A DNA stretch of 64,000 bases from Actinoplanes sp. (GTDB lineage: Bacteria; Actinomycetota; Actinomycetes; Mycobacteriales; Micromonosporaceae), in the NCBI GenBank assembly GCA_032160305.1, contig JAVHVY010000376.1, forward strand, positions 6,143 through 70,142, in the 5' to 3' direction. The notes under the pieces were generated by a model. That model was given only the letters and a program-made list of their open reading frames with translations. It was not told where the DNA came from and made no database searches. Below, in pieces: positions 43,438 to 53,239 of this stretch. Position 1 is the first letter of the stretch. Every line of letters starts with the position of its first letter. Position numbers and translations under genes: made by a program.

Positions 43438-45777
43438 TCAGTCGTGGCCGGGCGGTTTCTGCCCGGCCAGCCAGCCGGCCACCTGTGCACGGGAGGTGAA
43501 ACCGAGCTTGCTGAGAATGTTCTCCACGTGACCCTCGGCGGTGCGCTGCGCGACGACCAGCCGGGCGGCGATCTCCCGGTTGCTGAGGCCCTGTGCCATC
43601 AGCGCCGCCACCTCGCGTTCCCGCTTCGTCAGGCCGGTGCCCGCGGCCGCCTCGGGCCGTGGCTCGGGCATCGTGACCCGGGGCCGGCGTTCCAGCGCCA
43701 CCGCCACCGCGTCGGCCGTGGACAGCTCGAAACCCCGCCGCCGCGCCGCCTCGAAGGCCTCGGTGCCGAGCCGGGCCCGCACCGCGGCCTCCGTCTCGCC
43801 CCTAAAGTCGTACAGGGTCCGGAACGTTCCCGGCGAGGTGTGCATCGCCTGCCACATCCGGTCGGAAGCGCCGAGCAGGATCGCCGAACGGTGATCGCGG
43901 CGCTCGCTGCCGGCCGTCCACGCCAGCGCCTCGACCGCCAGCCCGACGGTGAACTGCTCGTCCTGCAGAACCTTCCGGATGACCAGGCTCTCCTTGGCCG
44001 CGGCGGCCGCACCCGCGGTGTCGCCGTCGCGCCAGTGCAGCACGCTCAACGCCCACAACGCGAACGACCGCCACCACACCTCGCCGCTGGCCGCGCCCAG
44101 ATCCCGGCCGGCGATCAGGTCCGGATACCCGTCCGGGGGGTGCCCGGCGAGGCCCCGGGACAGGCCGAGCACGATCAGCGTCCACATCTCGCCGCTGGCC
44201 GCGTCGATCTCCCGGAAGCCGGCCAGCGCCCGCTCGAACAGCGGCAGCGCCCAGGTGTACTCGCCGGCGAACATCGCCTGGCAGCCCTCGATCAGCGTCA
44301 GCCAGGCCCGCTCCGGCGACGGCGGCAGGCCCTCGGCCAGCTCGTAGGCGTCCGCCAGCAGCGCGGTGGCCCGGTCCGGGGCGCCCTGTATCGTGGCGAT
44401 CCAGGACGCCACCCGCAACGCCTTGACCCGGGTCCAGTCCCGGGGCGCCGGCATCGCCAGAGCCCGGTCCAGCCAATGCCGCCCCTCGGAGAAGAAGCCA
44501 CGGACGAACCAGTGGTTCTGCAGGTCGGCGGCGAACCGCAGGGCGCGTTCGGCGGGCCCGGCGGTCACCGCCCACTCCAGTGCCACCCGCAGATTGGCCT
44601 GCTCGTGCCGCAGTCGCAGCGTCAGCGTCGTCTGTTTGGACGAGACCCAGTTGCGGTCCGAACGGGCGGCCAGGCCGGCGAACCAGTCGCAGTGCCGCCG
44701 GGCCACCGCATCGTGTTCCCCGGCGGAGAGCAGCCGGGCCGCGCCGTACTCCCGGGTGACCTCGAGCATTTTGTAGCGGGCGTTGACCTCACCGGACCGG
44801 GTGAGGATCGACTTGTCGACCAGCGAGGCGATCAGGTCGAGGATCCGCTCCGCCGGCAGCGCCTCGTCCGCGCACACCACCTCGGCCGCGTCCAGTTCCA
44901 GGCCGCCGGAGAAGACCGAGACCCGCGACCACAGCGTACGTTCGGCCTCGGAACACAGCTCCCAGCTCCACTCGATCAGGGCGCGCAGGGTCTGCTGGCG
45001 GGCCGGAGCGTTGCGGGCGCCGGCGGTCAGCAGCCGGTACCGGTCGGTCAGCCGGTCCAGGATCTGGTCGAGGGAGAGCACCCGCAGCCGGGCCACGGCC
45101 AACTCGATCGCCAGCGGCATCCCCTCCACCGCCTGGCACAGCTTGCCGATCGTGACGCAGTTCTCCGGGGTCACCGCGAAGTCGGGCAGCACGGCGGCGG
45201 CGCGTTCGACGAGCAGGCTGGCGGCCTCGTAACGGGACAGGTCGGCCATCGTCCAGGCGGTGTCGCCGCCGGGCACCGAGAGCGGCTGGACGGTCAGGTT
45301 GGCCTCGCCGCCGAGCCGCAACGCCTGCCGGCTCGTGGCGAGAATGCGCAGCTCGGGACACGTACGCAACAGGGTCCCGGCCAGATCGGCGCAGGCGCCG
45401 ACGAGGTGTTCGCAGTTGTCCAGGATGAGCAGCGCCTGCTGGTCGGCCAGGAACGCGGCCAGGCCCGGCGCGCCGGGACTGATGGCCACCTCGCGCACCC
45501 CGACCGCCTCGGCGACGGTGACCGCGACCAGGTCGGGATCGCGCAACTCGGCCAGCTCGACGAACCACACCCCGTCCGGAAAGCTGCGCCGCACCTCGGC
45601 GCCGACCCGCTGCGCCAGCCGCGTCTTGCCCACGCCGCCGGCCCCGGTCAGCGTGACGAGCCGGCTGCCGGCGAGCATCCGCCGGACGACCGCCACCTCC
45701 TGGCGGCGGCCGACGAAGCTGGTCACCTCGGCGGGCAGATTTCCGAGATATCCACGTGAGGTCGTGGCGATGCTCAT
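43438..45777 (-). CDS. STAND/NB-ARC ATPase-TPR-LuxR transcriptional regulator
   Basis: SFVGR, Walker A GAGGVGKT, LILDNCEHL, ILATSR, EGMPLAIELA; C-terminal LTKREREVAALMAQGLSNREIA...TAEGHVENILSKLG. Confidence 0.92.
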   Translation of the reverse strand: MSIATTSRGYLGNLPAEVTSFVGRRQEVAVVRRMLAGSRLVTLTGAGGVGKTRLAQRVGAEVRRSFPDGVWFVELAELRDPDLVAVTVAEAVGVREVAISPGAPGLAAFLADQQALLILDNCEHLVGACADLAGTLLRTCPELRILATSRQALRLGGEANLTVQPLSVPGGDTAWTMADLSRYEAASLLVERAAAVLPDFAVTPENCVTIGKLCQAVEGMPLAIELAVARLRVLSLDQILDRLTDRYRLLTAGARNAPARQQTLRALIEWSWELCSEAERTLWSRVSVFSGGLELDAAEVVCADEALPAERILDLIASLVDKSILTRSGEVNARYKMLEVTREYGAARLLSAGEHDAVARRHCDWFAGLAARSDRNWVSSKQTTLTLRLRHEQANLRVALEWAVTAGPAERALRFAADLQNHWFVRGFFSEGRHWLDRALAMPAPRDWTRVKALRVASWIATIQGAPDRATALLADAYELAEGLPPSPERAWLTLIEGCQAMFAGEYTWALPLFERALAGFREIDAASGEMWTLIVLGLSRGLAGHPPDGYPDLIAGRDLGAASGEVWWRSFALWALSVLHWRDGDTAGAAAAAKESLVIRKVLQDEQFTVGLAVEALAWTAGSERRDHRSAILLGASDRMWQAMHTSPGTFRTLYDFRGETEAAVRARLGTEAFEAARRRGFELSTADAVAVALERRPRVTMPEPRPEAAAGTGLTKREREVAALMAQGLSNREIAARLVVAQRTAEGHVENILSKLGFTSRAQVAGWLAGQKPPGHD

Positions 45778-46053
45778 AAAGGCACGGTAGTGGGTGCGGC
45801 CGGTGATCGCGGAGAGCCAGATTGTCGAGCCTGGACGGTATCTGGACGAACCAGACATCAACCGGGATCATGGTACGCGCATCGCCCCGAAGCCTGAGTC
45901 GATCTCACGTATGTCGGCGGTGGCCCGGGCAGTTCCCCTGCGGGATAACAGGACACGCGTAGTGATTCAGGTATTTTCCCCGTGTTCGTAGCGTGAGGAT
46001 TCGGACCAGGATGGGGAGATGTTCGCGGACGTTCGAGTCGAGAGGGGTGCCGC

Positions 46054-46707
46054 ATGGGCCGCCACACCGCCGAGTGGCCGGAACCCGATCCGTCCGGTCT
46101 GGAGGTTCGGGCCGTCAGCCCTGGCACGCGGCCTCCACTGCACGCCGATCTGTTCGCACCCTCGGCCGGCGCCGCCGCCGAGCGGGTCGAGGCTCAGCGC
46201 GCCGCCGAGGCCTTCGACCAACTGGTGCAGCCGCATTGGGCCGCACTGCTGGCGTACGTTCAGCGACTCACCGACGGTGACGATGCGCTGGCGGAGTCCA
46301 TCGTCAAGGAAACGATGTACCGGGTCGCCCAGGATCCCTCGCGGTGTCCGCAGCGGTCCTCGGCCATCGGGCCCTGGCTGGTGCTGACCGCCTGCAACGT
46401 GTTGCGCGACGGGCAGCGCCACGCCCCGGCCGGGCATGACGATCGGCCCGACATGTCGCGCCTCGCGGCGGCGGGTTCCATCGGCGCGGTCGTGCCCGGC
46501 ACCACCGTCGCGGGGGCGCTCGAGGGGCTTTCCGAGGCGCACCGGGAGCTGCTGGTCGAGCTCTTCTACGACGATGTGAGCCTCGAGAAGGCCGCGCACG
46601 ACCGTGGTATTTCGGTCGAGACCATGAAATCCGGGCTGTACTTCGCGATGCGCTCGCTGCGAGCTGTACTCGATCAGCAACTGGCCGACCGGCACGGCCC
46701 GCAGTAA
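46054..46707 (+). CDS. Divergent ECF sigma factor
   Basis: Region 2-like FDQLVQPH...AESIVKET...PWLVLTACN; region 4-like LSEAHRELLVELFY...ETMKSGLYFAMRSLR. Confidence 0.75.
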   Translation: MGRHTAEWPEPDPSGLEVRAVSPGTRPPLHADLFAPSAGAAAERVEAQRAAEAFDQLVQPHWAALLAYVQRLTDGDDALAESIVKETMYRVAQDPSRCPQRSSAIGPWLVLTACNVLRDGQRHAPAGHDDRPDMSRLAAAGSIGAVVPGTTVAGALEGLSEAHRELLVELFYDDVSLEKAAHDRGISVETMKSGLYFAMRSLRAVLDQQLADRHGPQ

Positions 46708-46724
46708 CACGGGTCCGCGGTGGG

Positions 46725-48173
46725 TCAGCGCGGCGGGCGCCGGCCCGAGTACACGGTCACCGTCGTGCTCGCCGTACGCCCGGAAAGATGCACTGCCCGG
46801 ATGGTCAGCACTCGCGTGCCCGGTCCGAGGTCCAGGGTGGTGGTGCGGTCGGAACGCGGCGCCGAGACGACCAGCCGGCCGTCGACGTAGACATCGAAGC
46901 GGTTCATCAGCCCACTCGGTGTGCTGGTGGTCCAGAGTGGACGGATGGTGCCCCTGGTGTAGAAATAGCCGCGGCCCGATCGGACCGCGCCGGTCAGCCT
47001 GGACAGCCGCAGGCGGGCCGGCCCGGCCGCCGCGATCGCCCGGATCGCCGGCAACTGGGCGTAGAGGGTGTCGCCGGGGCATTCGGTACGGCCCGTGTCG
47101 CGGTGCCCGGCGATCCGGTTCAGGACCGGGGTCGCCCCTTCGGCGTAGCGGTCACTGCCGGTGGAGACCAGGGTGGTCCGCCCACTCGCGAGGTTGCCGT
47201 ACATGCCGATCTTGTACGCGGCCACCTGGGCGATCACGTTCTTGACCGTCGCGCTGACCGCGGTGTTGCGGTAGTCGCCGATGACCGCGATGGCGGCGCT
47301 GTGCATGTTGAAGCCGAGCGTGTGCGCGCCCAGTACGGGCCGGGTCACCCCGCCCCGGCGGCCCTCGAAGAGCTTGCCGCACTTGTCGACCAGGAAGTTG
47401 TAGCCGATGTCGTTCCAGCCCTTGCTGCGCACGTGGTATGCCTCGATGCCGCGGACGATGCGGGGCGAGTCGGCGCAGTTGTAGTCGCCGGGATCCGCGG
47501 TGTGGTGCACGAAGAGCACCTGGACGTCGGTGGTGTACGCGGGCGGCTCCACGACGATCGACTCGTTCGCGCCCCAACCGGTCCGGCTGACCAGGTTGGG
47601 CGCCGGGCGCGGCTGATAGCCGACCTGGCCGCGCCCGGTGCTCCGGATCGCCGCCGGCCGGCGGTAGGCGGCCGGTACCAGCAGCGGCTCGCCGGAATCG
47701 GGGTTGATCAGGTCGAGTCGCAGGCCGGCCGGGATCGGCGTTGCGCCGACGATCCGGGTCTGGACGCCGTCGGAGTCGCCGACCCAGATCGGGTCGGTGC
47801 TGCCACGGCCCGGACTGAGCCCGTCGGCGGCGGTGGGTTCGTCCACCGCGAGAGCGCGCCAGGCGCTCCAGCGGTGACCGGCCAGCGCGTGGGTGCGCAC
47901 CTCGACGCTGACTCCGAGCGCGGCGCGCGGGTCGCTCCAGGTCGCACCGAGCAGGGCGAACGGCTTGGTGGCGTGGCCGGCCTGCCCGGGGCCGATCGCG
48001 GTCAGCGCCACGGTGCGAAAGCCGGTGCCACCCAGCTCGATCGTCTGCAGCGCCGGCCCGGCCGGTCCGGCGATCGGCGCCTGGCCGGGCTGGGTCGCCA
48101 CCACCGCGGTGGCCGCCGCACCGGTCAGCGCCGCGGCGGCGACTATTCGGGTGCTCGTCTGAACCAGGTTCAT
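46725..48173 (-). CDS. Secreted N-acetylmuramoyl-L-alanine amidase (PGRP-like Amidase_2)
   Basis: ATG 48173 with signal; FVHHTA, GWNDIGYNF, GAHTLGFN, GHRD...TECPG (His/His/Cys Zn set). Confidence 0.88.
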   Translation of the reverse strand: MNLVQTSTRIVAAAALTGAAATAVVATQPGQAPIAGPAGPALQTIELGGTGFRTVALTAIGPGQAGHATKPFALLGATWSDPRAALGVSVEVRTHALAGHRWSAWRALAVDEPTAADGLSPGRGSTDPIWVGDSDGVQTRIVGATPIPAGLRLDLINPDSGEPLLVPAAYRRPAAIRSTGRGQVGYQPRPAPNLVSRTGWGANESIVVEPPAYTTDVQVLFVHHTADPGDYNCADSPRIVRGIEAYHVRSKGWNDIGYNFLVDKCGKLFEGRRGGVTRPVLGAHTLGFNMHSAAIAVIGDYRNTAVSATVKNVIAQVAAYKIGMYGNLASGRTTLVSTGSDRYAEGATPVLNRIAGHRDTGRTECPGDTLYAQLPAIRAIAAAGPARLRLSRLTGAVRSGRGYFYTRGTIRPLWTTSTPSGLMNRFDVYVDGRLVVSAPRSDRTTTLDLGPGTRVLTIRAVHLSGRTASTTVTVYSGRRPPR

Positions 48174-48266
48174 GCGTCCCCCCGGAAGAAAGAATTGATC
48201 ACGGCCGAATAGGCCGAATCCAGGATGAAACGAATTCACCACCCACGTGCCCAATTGCCCCAGCAG

Positions 48267-48280
48267 GTGACATCCGTCAC
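48267..48280. promoter_or_regulatory. CRP/GlxR-like site in the amidase / GGDEF-EAL divergent region
   Basis: GTGA-CATCCG-TCAC (GTGA-N6-TCAC). Confidence 0.35.
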
Positions 48281-48741
48281 TTGAGGTGAATGCGGCGGCA
48301 CGGAAGTCTCGACGAGCGGTTACGGCAAATTGGCTGAAAGGCTGTCGTAATGGGTCGCTCGATCGGGGATCTTGGGAAAGTCGGATCACGCCGTGTGAGC
48401 CGATGAGCGAGCGACGATCCGGCGGGCAGCATGGTCGCCCCGGGGCCTTGCGGCCCAGGGCCCGCCGGGGAGCCAGAGGCGAATCCACGCGCTCTCGTCG
48501 TAGGTCCCCACGCCGGGGTTGCGCGGCGTCCGGCGGTGTCCGGCCGCCCCGCAACCCCGGTCGGGCCGGCCGGAGCTGTTCATGCCGGCCCGGGCGGCCG
48601 TCGACGGGCACCGGTGGATCGTCACTCGCGCCGACCCCTCCTGGCCTGCCCGGGGTGCTGACCTCGTGGTCCGTGCGACGCGCTCGACCGGGCACCTCGC
48701 CAATCCGTAATGTCGGCGACAGTCCTGCCGAAAGGGGGTTC

Positions 48742-51009
48742 GTGACCTCCGCGCGCGGATCTTGGCCAGCCTGGCTCTATGTCGGGCTGGGCGCGAGTGT
48801 CGCCACCGCGTTCGGCTTCGGGCCGCAGACGCTGCAGACTCCGGCCAGCCTGGCAATCCTGGTCGGCGGGCTGTGGGCGCTGACCTACGGGCCCCGGCGC
48901 AATGCGGCGGGCGTACGGGGCCCGTGGAACCTGCTGCTCCTGGGCGCGGCGCTGTTCATCGTCGCCGTGATCATCCGGGCGGTCGTACCAGGCGCCAACG
49001 CGAGTCCGCCCGGCCCGATGGTGCTGCTGCCGGACGCCGTGGTCGTCCCCGGGTACCTGGCGACGGGTGTCGCCTTCGCCGGGATGCTGCGCCGGCGGCG
49101 GGCCGCCGAGGACGACCCCGCACGGGCCGACGCGCTGCTGGCGGGCCTCGCCGTGGCGTTCATGACCTGGACCTACCTGATCGTGCCGTCGATGGATCAG
49201 GTTGACCTGACCGTGCCGCGGACAGCGAACGCGTTCTTTCCGATCATCGACGTGGTGCTGGTCGTGCTGGTCTCCCAGCTGGCCCTGGCCGGCGGTACCC
49301 GGCAGCCGGCGTTGTGGTTGCTCATCGTGTCGTCGTCATTACTCTTGGTCGCGGACTTTCTCTTCACCCTGCGCGACGGTGGGCTGCTGTCGGTACCGGT
49401 GCACGTCACGGACACCATTTTCATGTTCACCTTCATGTTGCTCGGCGCCTCCGCGCTGCACCCGTCCATGCGGACGCTCACCGAGCCGCAGAATGTCGAG
49501 GTCACCGACCTGGGCCGGGCCCGGCTCATGGCGATCGCCGTGATGGTCGTCGGCCCCGTGGTCATCACGACGGTGAAGCCCGCGGAGTCGCCGTTGATCG
49601 GCGGGGTGCGCGCCGCGCTGTGCGTCCTGCTGATCCTCGGCATCTTCGGCCGGGTGGTCCGCTCCAACAACTCGCGGGCCCGGGCCGAACGGGTGACCCG
49701 GCGCCGTGCCACCCACGACCAGCTCACCGACCTGCCCAACCGGGAACTGCTCGCCGAGACGATCACCGCCTGGGGGGACGCGGCGGCCGGCGCGAGCCAG
49801 GAGATCAGCCTGCTCTTCATCGACCTGGACCGCTTCAAGATGGTCAACGACCACTGGGGCCACCGGGTCGGCGACGAGCTGTTGTGCCAGGTGGCGGGCC
49901 GGTTGAGTGCCCAGGTCCGGGCCGAGGATCTGGTCTGCCGGATCGGCGGCGACGAGTTCGTCATCGCGCTGGCCAGCCCGTCGCACTCGCGGCTGGCCGA
50001 GTCGCTGGCCGACCGGGTGCTGGCGGAATTCGTCCGCCCGTTCGTGCTGTCGGTCGGCAGCGTGATCGTTTCCGCGTCGATCGGGGTGGCCAAGACGGTC
50101 GGCGGTGCCGAGGCGTTGGAACTGGTCCGGGACGCGGACACGGCCATGTACAAGGCCAAGGGCTCTGGGCGCAACGCGTACGCGTTGTTCGACACCTCGC
50201 TGCGCGACGAGGTCCGGGACCGGATGAACCTGGAACAGGCCCTGCGCGGGGCCCTGCGCAACGGCGAGCTGTCGGTGCAGTTCCAGCCCCTCGTCGACCT
50301 GGCCACCGACGAGCTGGACGGCTTCGAGGCGCTGATGCGCTGGAACCACCCGCAGCTCGGTTCCGTCTCCCCGGTGGACTTCATCCCGGTCGCCGAGGAG
50401 ACCGGCCTGATCGTGGAGAGCGGCACCTGGCTGCTCCGCGAGTCGGCCGCCCAGCTGGCCCGATGGATCGCCGAACGCCCGTTCGCCGCCCGCCAGCTGC
50501 ACGTCTCGGTCAACGTCTCGGTACGCCAGCTGCGCGACCAGGCCCTGATCGGGATCGTCCGCGACGTGCTCGCCGAGACCGGCCTCAAGCCGTCGAGCCT
50601 GTGGCTGGAGATCACCGAGTCGGGCGTGATGGAGGACATCGAGACGGCCCTGACGACGCTCAACGCGCTGCGGGCTCTCGGCGTCGTGATGTGCATCGAC
50701 GACTTCGGCACCGGCTACTCCTCGCTGAGCTACCTCAACCGGCTGCCGGTCGGCATCGTCAAGATCGACCGGTCGTTCATCTCGGGGGTCGGCGACAACG
50801 GGGTGAACGAGCCGATCGTGCGGGCGGTGCTGGCGATGACCCGGACGATGGGCCTGCGTGTGGTCGCCGAGGGCGTGGAGACCGAGGCGCAGCGGGACTG
50901 GCTCCGCGCGCAGCATTGTGAGCTGGCCCAGGGCTGGTTCTACGGCAAGGCCCAGCCGCCCGCGGCGCTCGGCGAATGGGTCCACCGCCCGGCCTACGCC
51001 GGCGGCTGA
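48742..51009 (+). CDS. Membrane-bound diguanylate cyclase/phosphodiesterase (GGDEF-EAL)
   Basis: GTG 48742 with RBS AAAGGGGG; multi-TM N-terminus; DLDRFK, RAED I-site then RIGGDEF, FEALMRW, DDFGTGYSSL, KIDRSF, EGVET. TTA codon at 49339. Confidence 0.93.
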   Translation: MTSARGSWPAWLYVGLGASVATAFGFGPQTLQTPASLAILVGGLWALTYGPRRNAAGVRGPWNLLLLGAALFIVAVIIRAVVPGANASPPGPMVLLPDAVVVPGYLATGVAFAGMLRRRRAAEDDPARADALLAGLAVAFMTWTYLIVPSMDQVDLTVPRTANAFFPIIDVVLVVLVSQLALAGGTRQPALWLLIVSSSLLLVADFLFTLRDGGLLSVPVHVTDTIFMFTFMLLGASALHPSMRTLTEPQNVEVTDLGRARLMAIAVMVVGPVVITTVKPAESPLIGGVRAALCVLLILGIFGRVVRSNNSRARAERVTRRRATHDQLTDLPNRELLAETITAWGDAAAGASQEISLLFIDLDRFKMVNDHWGHRVGDELLCQVAGRLSAQVRAEDLVCRIGGDEFVIALASPSHSRLAESLADRVLAEFVRPFVLSVGSVIVSASIGVAKTVGGAEALELVRDADTAMYKAKGSGRNAYALFDTSLRDEVRDRMNLEQALRGALRNGELSVQFQPLVDLATDELDGFEALMRWNHPQLGSVSPVDFIPVAEETGLIVESGTWLLRESAAQLARWIAERPFAARQLHVSVNVSVRQLRDQALIGIVRDVLAETGLKPSSLWLEITESGVMEDIETALTTLNALRALGVVMCIDDFGTGYSSLSYLNRLPVGIVKIDRSFISGVGDNGVNEPIVRAVLAMTRTMGLRVVAEGVETEAQRDWLRAQHCELAQGWFYGKAQPPAALGEWVHRPAYAGG

Positions 51010-51118
51010 CCCGGTCGAGGGCGGCGAACTGCGCAACGTCAAGCCCGGTTGAGGGCAACACGCCGGAGCCGCCCGGACCGGTGGGTCACGGGCGGCTCCT
51101 GGCTCACAAAGTTCCAGG

Positions 51119-51277
51119 TCAGGCCTTGGTGTCGGCCTCCAGGTGTTCCTTCTCCGCTTCGGCGGGCTCGTGCAGCGGGCTGTCCGGGCCGTCCGACGAC
51201 TTCAGTTGCTGCTCCTTGCGGCGCTGACGAGCAGCCTCGGCCAGCACCTCCGGCGTCGGGACAAGGGACTTGGTCAT
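51119..51277 (-). CDS. Small charged hypothetical protein, 52 aa
   Basis: MTKSLVPTPEVLAEAARQRRKEQQLKSSDGPDSPLHEPAEAEKEHLEADTKA; RBS GGAGG 4 nt upstream. Confidence 0.5.
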   Translation of the reverse strand: MTKSLVPTPEVLAEAARQRRKEQQLKSSDGPDSPLHEPAEAEKEHLEADTKA

Positions 51278-51908
51278 GGGACCTCCCACGGGCCAGGGCC
51301 CGGCGCCGCTGCCGCCACAGTGCGTCGGGCCGTTCCGATCGATAGTCCGAGAGTACGGCGGCCGAACGATTCGGCACGCCGATACGGCTGCATGAGCCCT
51401 GCAGATGCGCCGCGAGCACCACGGATGAGTGTTGTCGTCATGACAGAGTGCGAGGAACTTTCCGAACGCCGGCCGGGCGCCCTGGTCGGGACCGCCGGGC
51501 CGCGCACCGTCGAGCCAGGCCGGGAGCCGGGCCTCAGCCGGGTCCCTCCGGAGCGTGCGCCGGCCCCGGCCACGCTGGCTATACAGTCCGGCGTCGATGG
51601 ACGCTACGCCCGGGAACGGATCGACCATCAGGCCGCCGCTGGGCTGCTGACCTGGACCTGATCCGGGTTCTCCGGCCGCCGGCCACGACGACGGTGCCAG
51701 CCGACGAACCGGTCCGGATTATGGCGGTACGGCGGGACAATCCACTCACGGACCCGGCCCGATCACCCCGGTACCGGCACCCGTGCGAGGATCCCGTACG
51801 CCGCCCGGTCCGGATGCCGGGCGGCCGCCGTCGCCCCTGAACGAGCACTCGGGTCACGATCTGACCCGCCACCGCGACCCGGGCGCGGCGCATCGCTACC
51901 GTTGTCGG

Positions 51909-52448
51909 GTGTCTGAGATCCCGTGGTGGGGGCTGCCCCTCGTCGCCGCCGTGTTCGCCCTGGTCGGCGCTGGTGTGACGGTGCTGGTCATCGCGCGCAA
52001 CAACTACGTCCGCGGCCGGGTACGCAAGACCCGCCGGTGGTATTCCGAGCGTAAGGACGCCTACATCACCCTGCTCGCGGTCTTCGAACGTGACATCTAC
52101 CGGCTCCGCGCCGGATACGCCGCCGGGACGCCGAAACCGGACGCGCTGGCCTATCTCGACGAGGTCGGCCCGGCCCTGATGCAGGTGCGGCTGCTCGCCT
52201 CGGGCCCGGTCCGCAGCGCCGCCCTGTCGGTGCACAAGGTGCTCGAACAGCTGCACGGCCCCGGACCGGAGCCGGGGCCGGACACGACAGCGCCGTTCCT
52301 CGAACTGCTCGGCCACGCGCCGCTGCTGATGCAGGAGTTCGAAGTGGCGATCCGCGACGAGCTGGAGATCGCGCCGACCCCGCCGCCGGCCCCGCTGATC
52401 GGCGCCACCCCGGGTCAGCGGCGCTCCCTCGCCCGCAACAAGGACTGA
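51909..52448 (+). CDS. Hypothetical protein with N-terminal membrane anchor
   Basis: GTG 51909; IPWWGLPLVAAVFALVGAGVTVLVIA then a helical soluble part; strong G/C third-position bias. Confidence 0.65.
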   Translation: MSEIPWWGLPLVAAVFALVGAGVTVLVIARNNYVRGRVRKTRRWYSERKDAYITLLAVFERDIYRLRAGYAAGTPKPDALAYLDEVGPALMQVRLLASGPVRSAALSVHKVLEQLHGPGPEPGPDTTAPFLELLGHAPLLMQEFEVAIRDELEIAPTPPPAPLIGATPGQRRSLARNKD

Positions 52449-52511
52449 CCGGATCGTTGCGGCACCGCCGCGGTCCGTGCCTGGTCCGGCACCCGCCGGC
52501 GGTCCCGAATG

Positions 52512-53159
52512 TCAACCGGGCGGCAGCGGTTGCGGCTGGACCGGGCGGAGGACCTGATCGGAGACGGTTCGCGCATCCGGACCCCCGCACGCGTGCCGGG
52601 CCGCCTGCTCCGCGGTATTCAGGTCGAAGTCCCCGGCGACGTCGCCGACCGGAACGACGCGCAGGATGTCCTGGTGGGCGCGCAGGTAGTCGCGGGCGCC
52701 GTGATCACCGGCCGCCGACTCGGCGACGCCGGCCCAGTGCTCGCGGCCGAGCAGCACCGGATGGCCGCGGCGGGCGTCATAGCCACCCGTCGCCAGGGCC
52801 GCCGGGGTGGCGTCGGCGGTGATCCGGCGTACGGCGGCCGGGGTGACGCCGGGCATGTCGACCAGCAGGACCACCGCGGCCCCGGCCGGGCTCGGCCGCA
52901 ACGCCGCCAGGCCGGCCCGCAACGACGAGGCCATTCCGGTGGACCACTGTGGATTGTCGACGAAGTCCAGCTCCGGCGCGGCGGCCCGGACCTGGTCGGC
53001 TCCGGCGCCGATCACCACCACGGTACGGGCGCAGCCCGCCTCGGTCAGCGTCCGGGCCGCGTGCCGCACGAGCAACTCGCCGCGCCACTCGACGAGGGCC
53101 TTCGGCCGTCCGAAACGGCGGCCGGCGCCTGCGGCGAGAACCAGCCCGGCGATCTCCAT
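52512..53159 (-). CDS. Nucleotidyltransferase, MocA/MobA-like
   Basis: LVLAAGAGRRFGRPKAL, NPQWSTGMASSL, LVDMP, GHPVLLG, GDHGAR. Confidence 0.85.
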   Translation of the reverse strand: MEIAGLVLAAGAGRRFGRPKALVEWRGELLVRHAARTLTEAGCARTVVVIGAGADQVRAAAPELDFVDNPQWSTGMASSLRAGLAALRPSPAGAAVVLLVDMPGVTPAAVRRITADATPAALATGGYDARRGHPVLLGREHWAGVAESAAGDHGARDYLRAHQDILRVVPVGDVAGDFDLNTAEQAARHACGGPDARTVSDQVLRPVQPQPLPPG

Positions 53160-53239
53160 AGGCACAGCGTATCGGCGGGGTGTGCCGCCTGACGGGAACC
53201 CGACTGAGCGGCCTGGTGCGAGCACCCTACGCTGCACGG

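Noticed and set aside
48318-48352. c-di-GMP-I riboswitch (GGCAAA...GAAA) upstream of the GGDEF-EAL gene
   Set aside because: The GAAA-capped stem pairs poorly and the following GACGCAAAGC-type segment is missing. An Infernal search would settle it.
48174-48420. c-di-AMP (ydaO) riboswitch upstream of the amidase
   Set aside because: Only a loose GGGG...GGTGAAT resemblance; the conserved 3' AGCCCG...CAGCT block is not present.
52512-53159. Functional cluster of the MocA-like gene with modABC
   Set aside because: They are 45 kb apart with no molybdoenzyme or Moco genes between them; no support for linkage.
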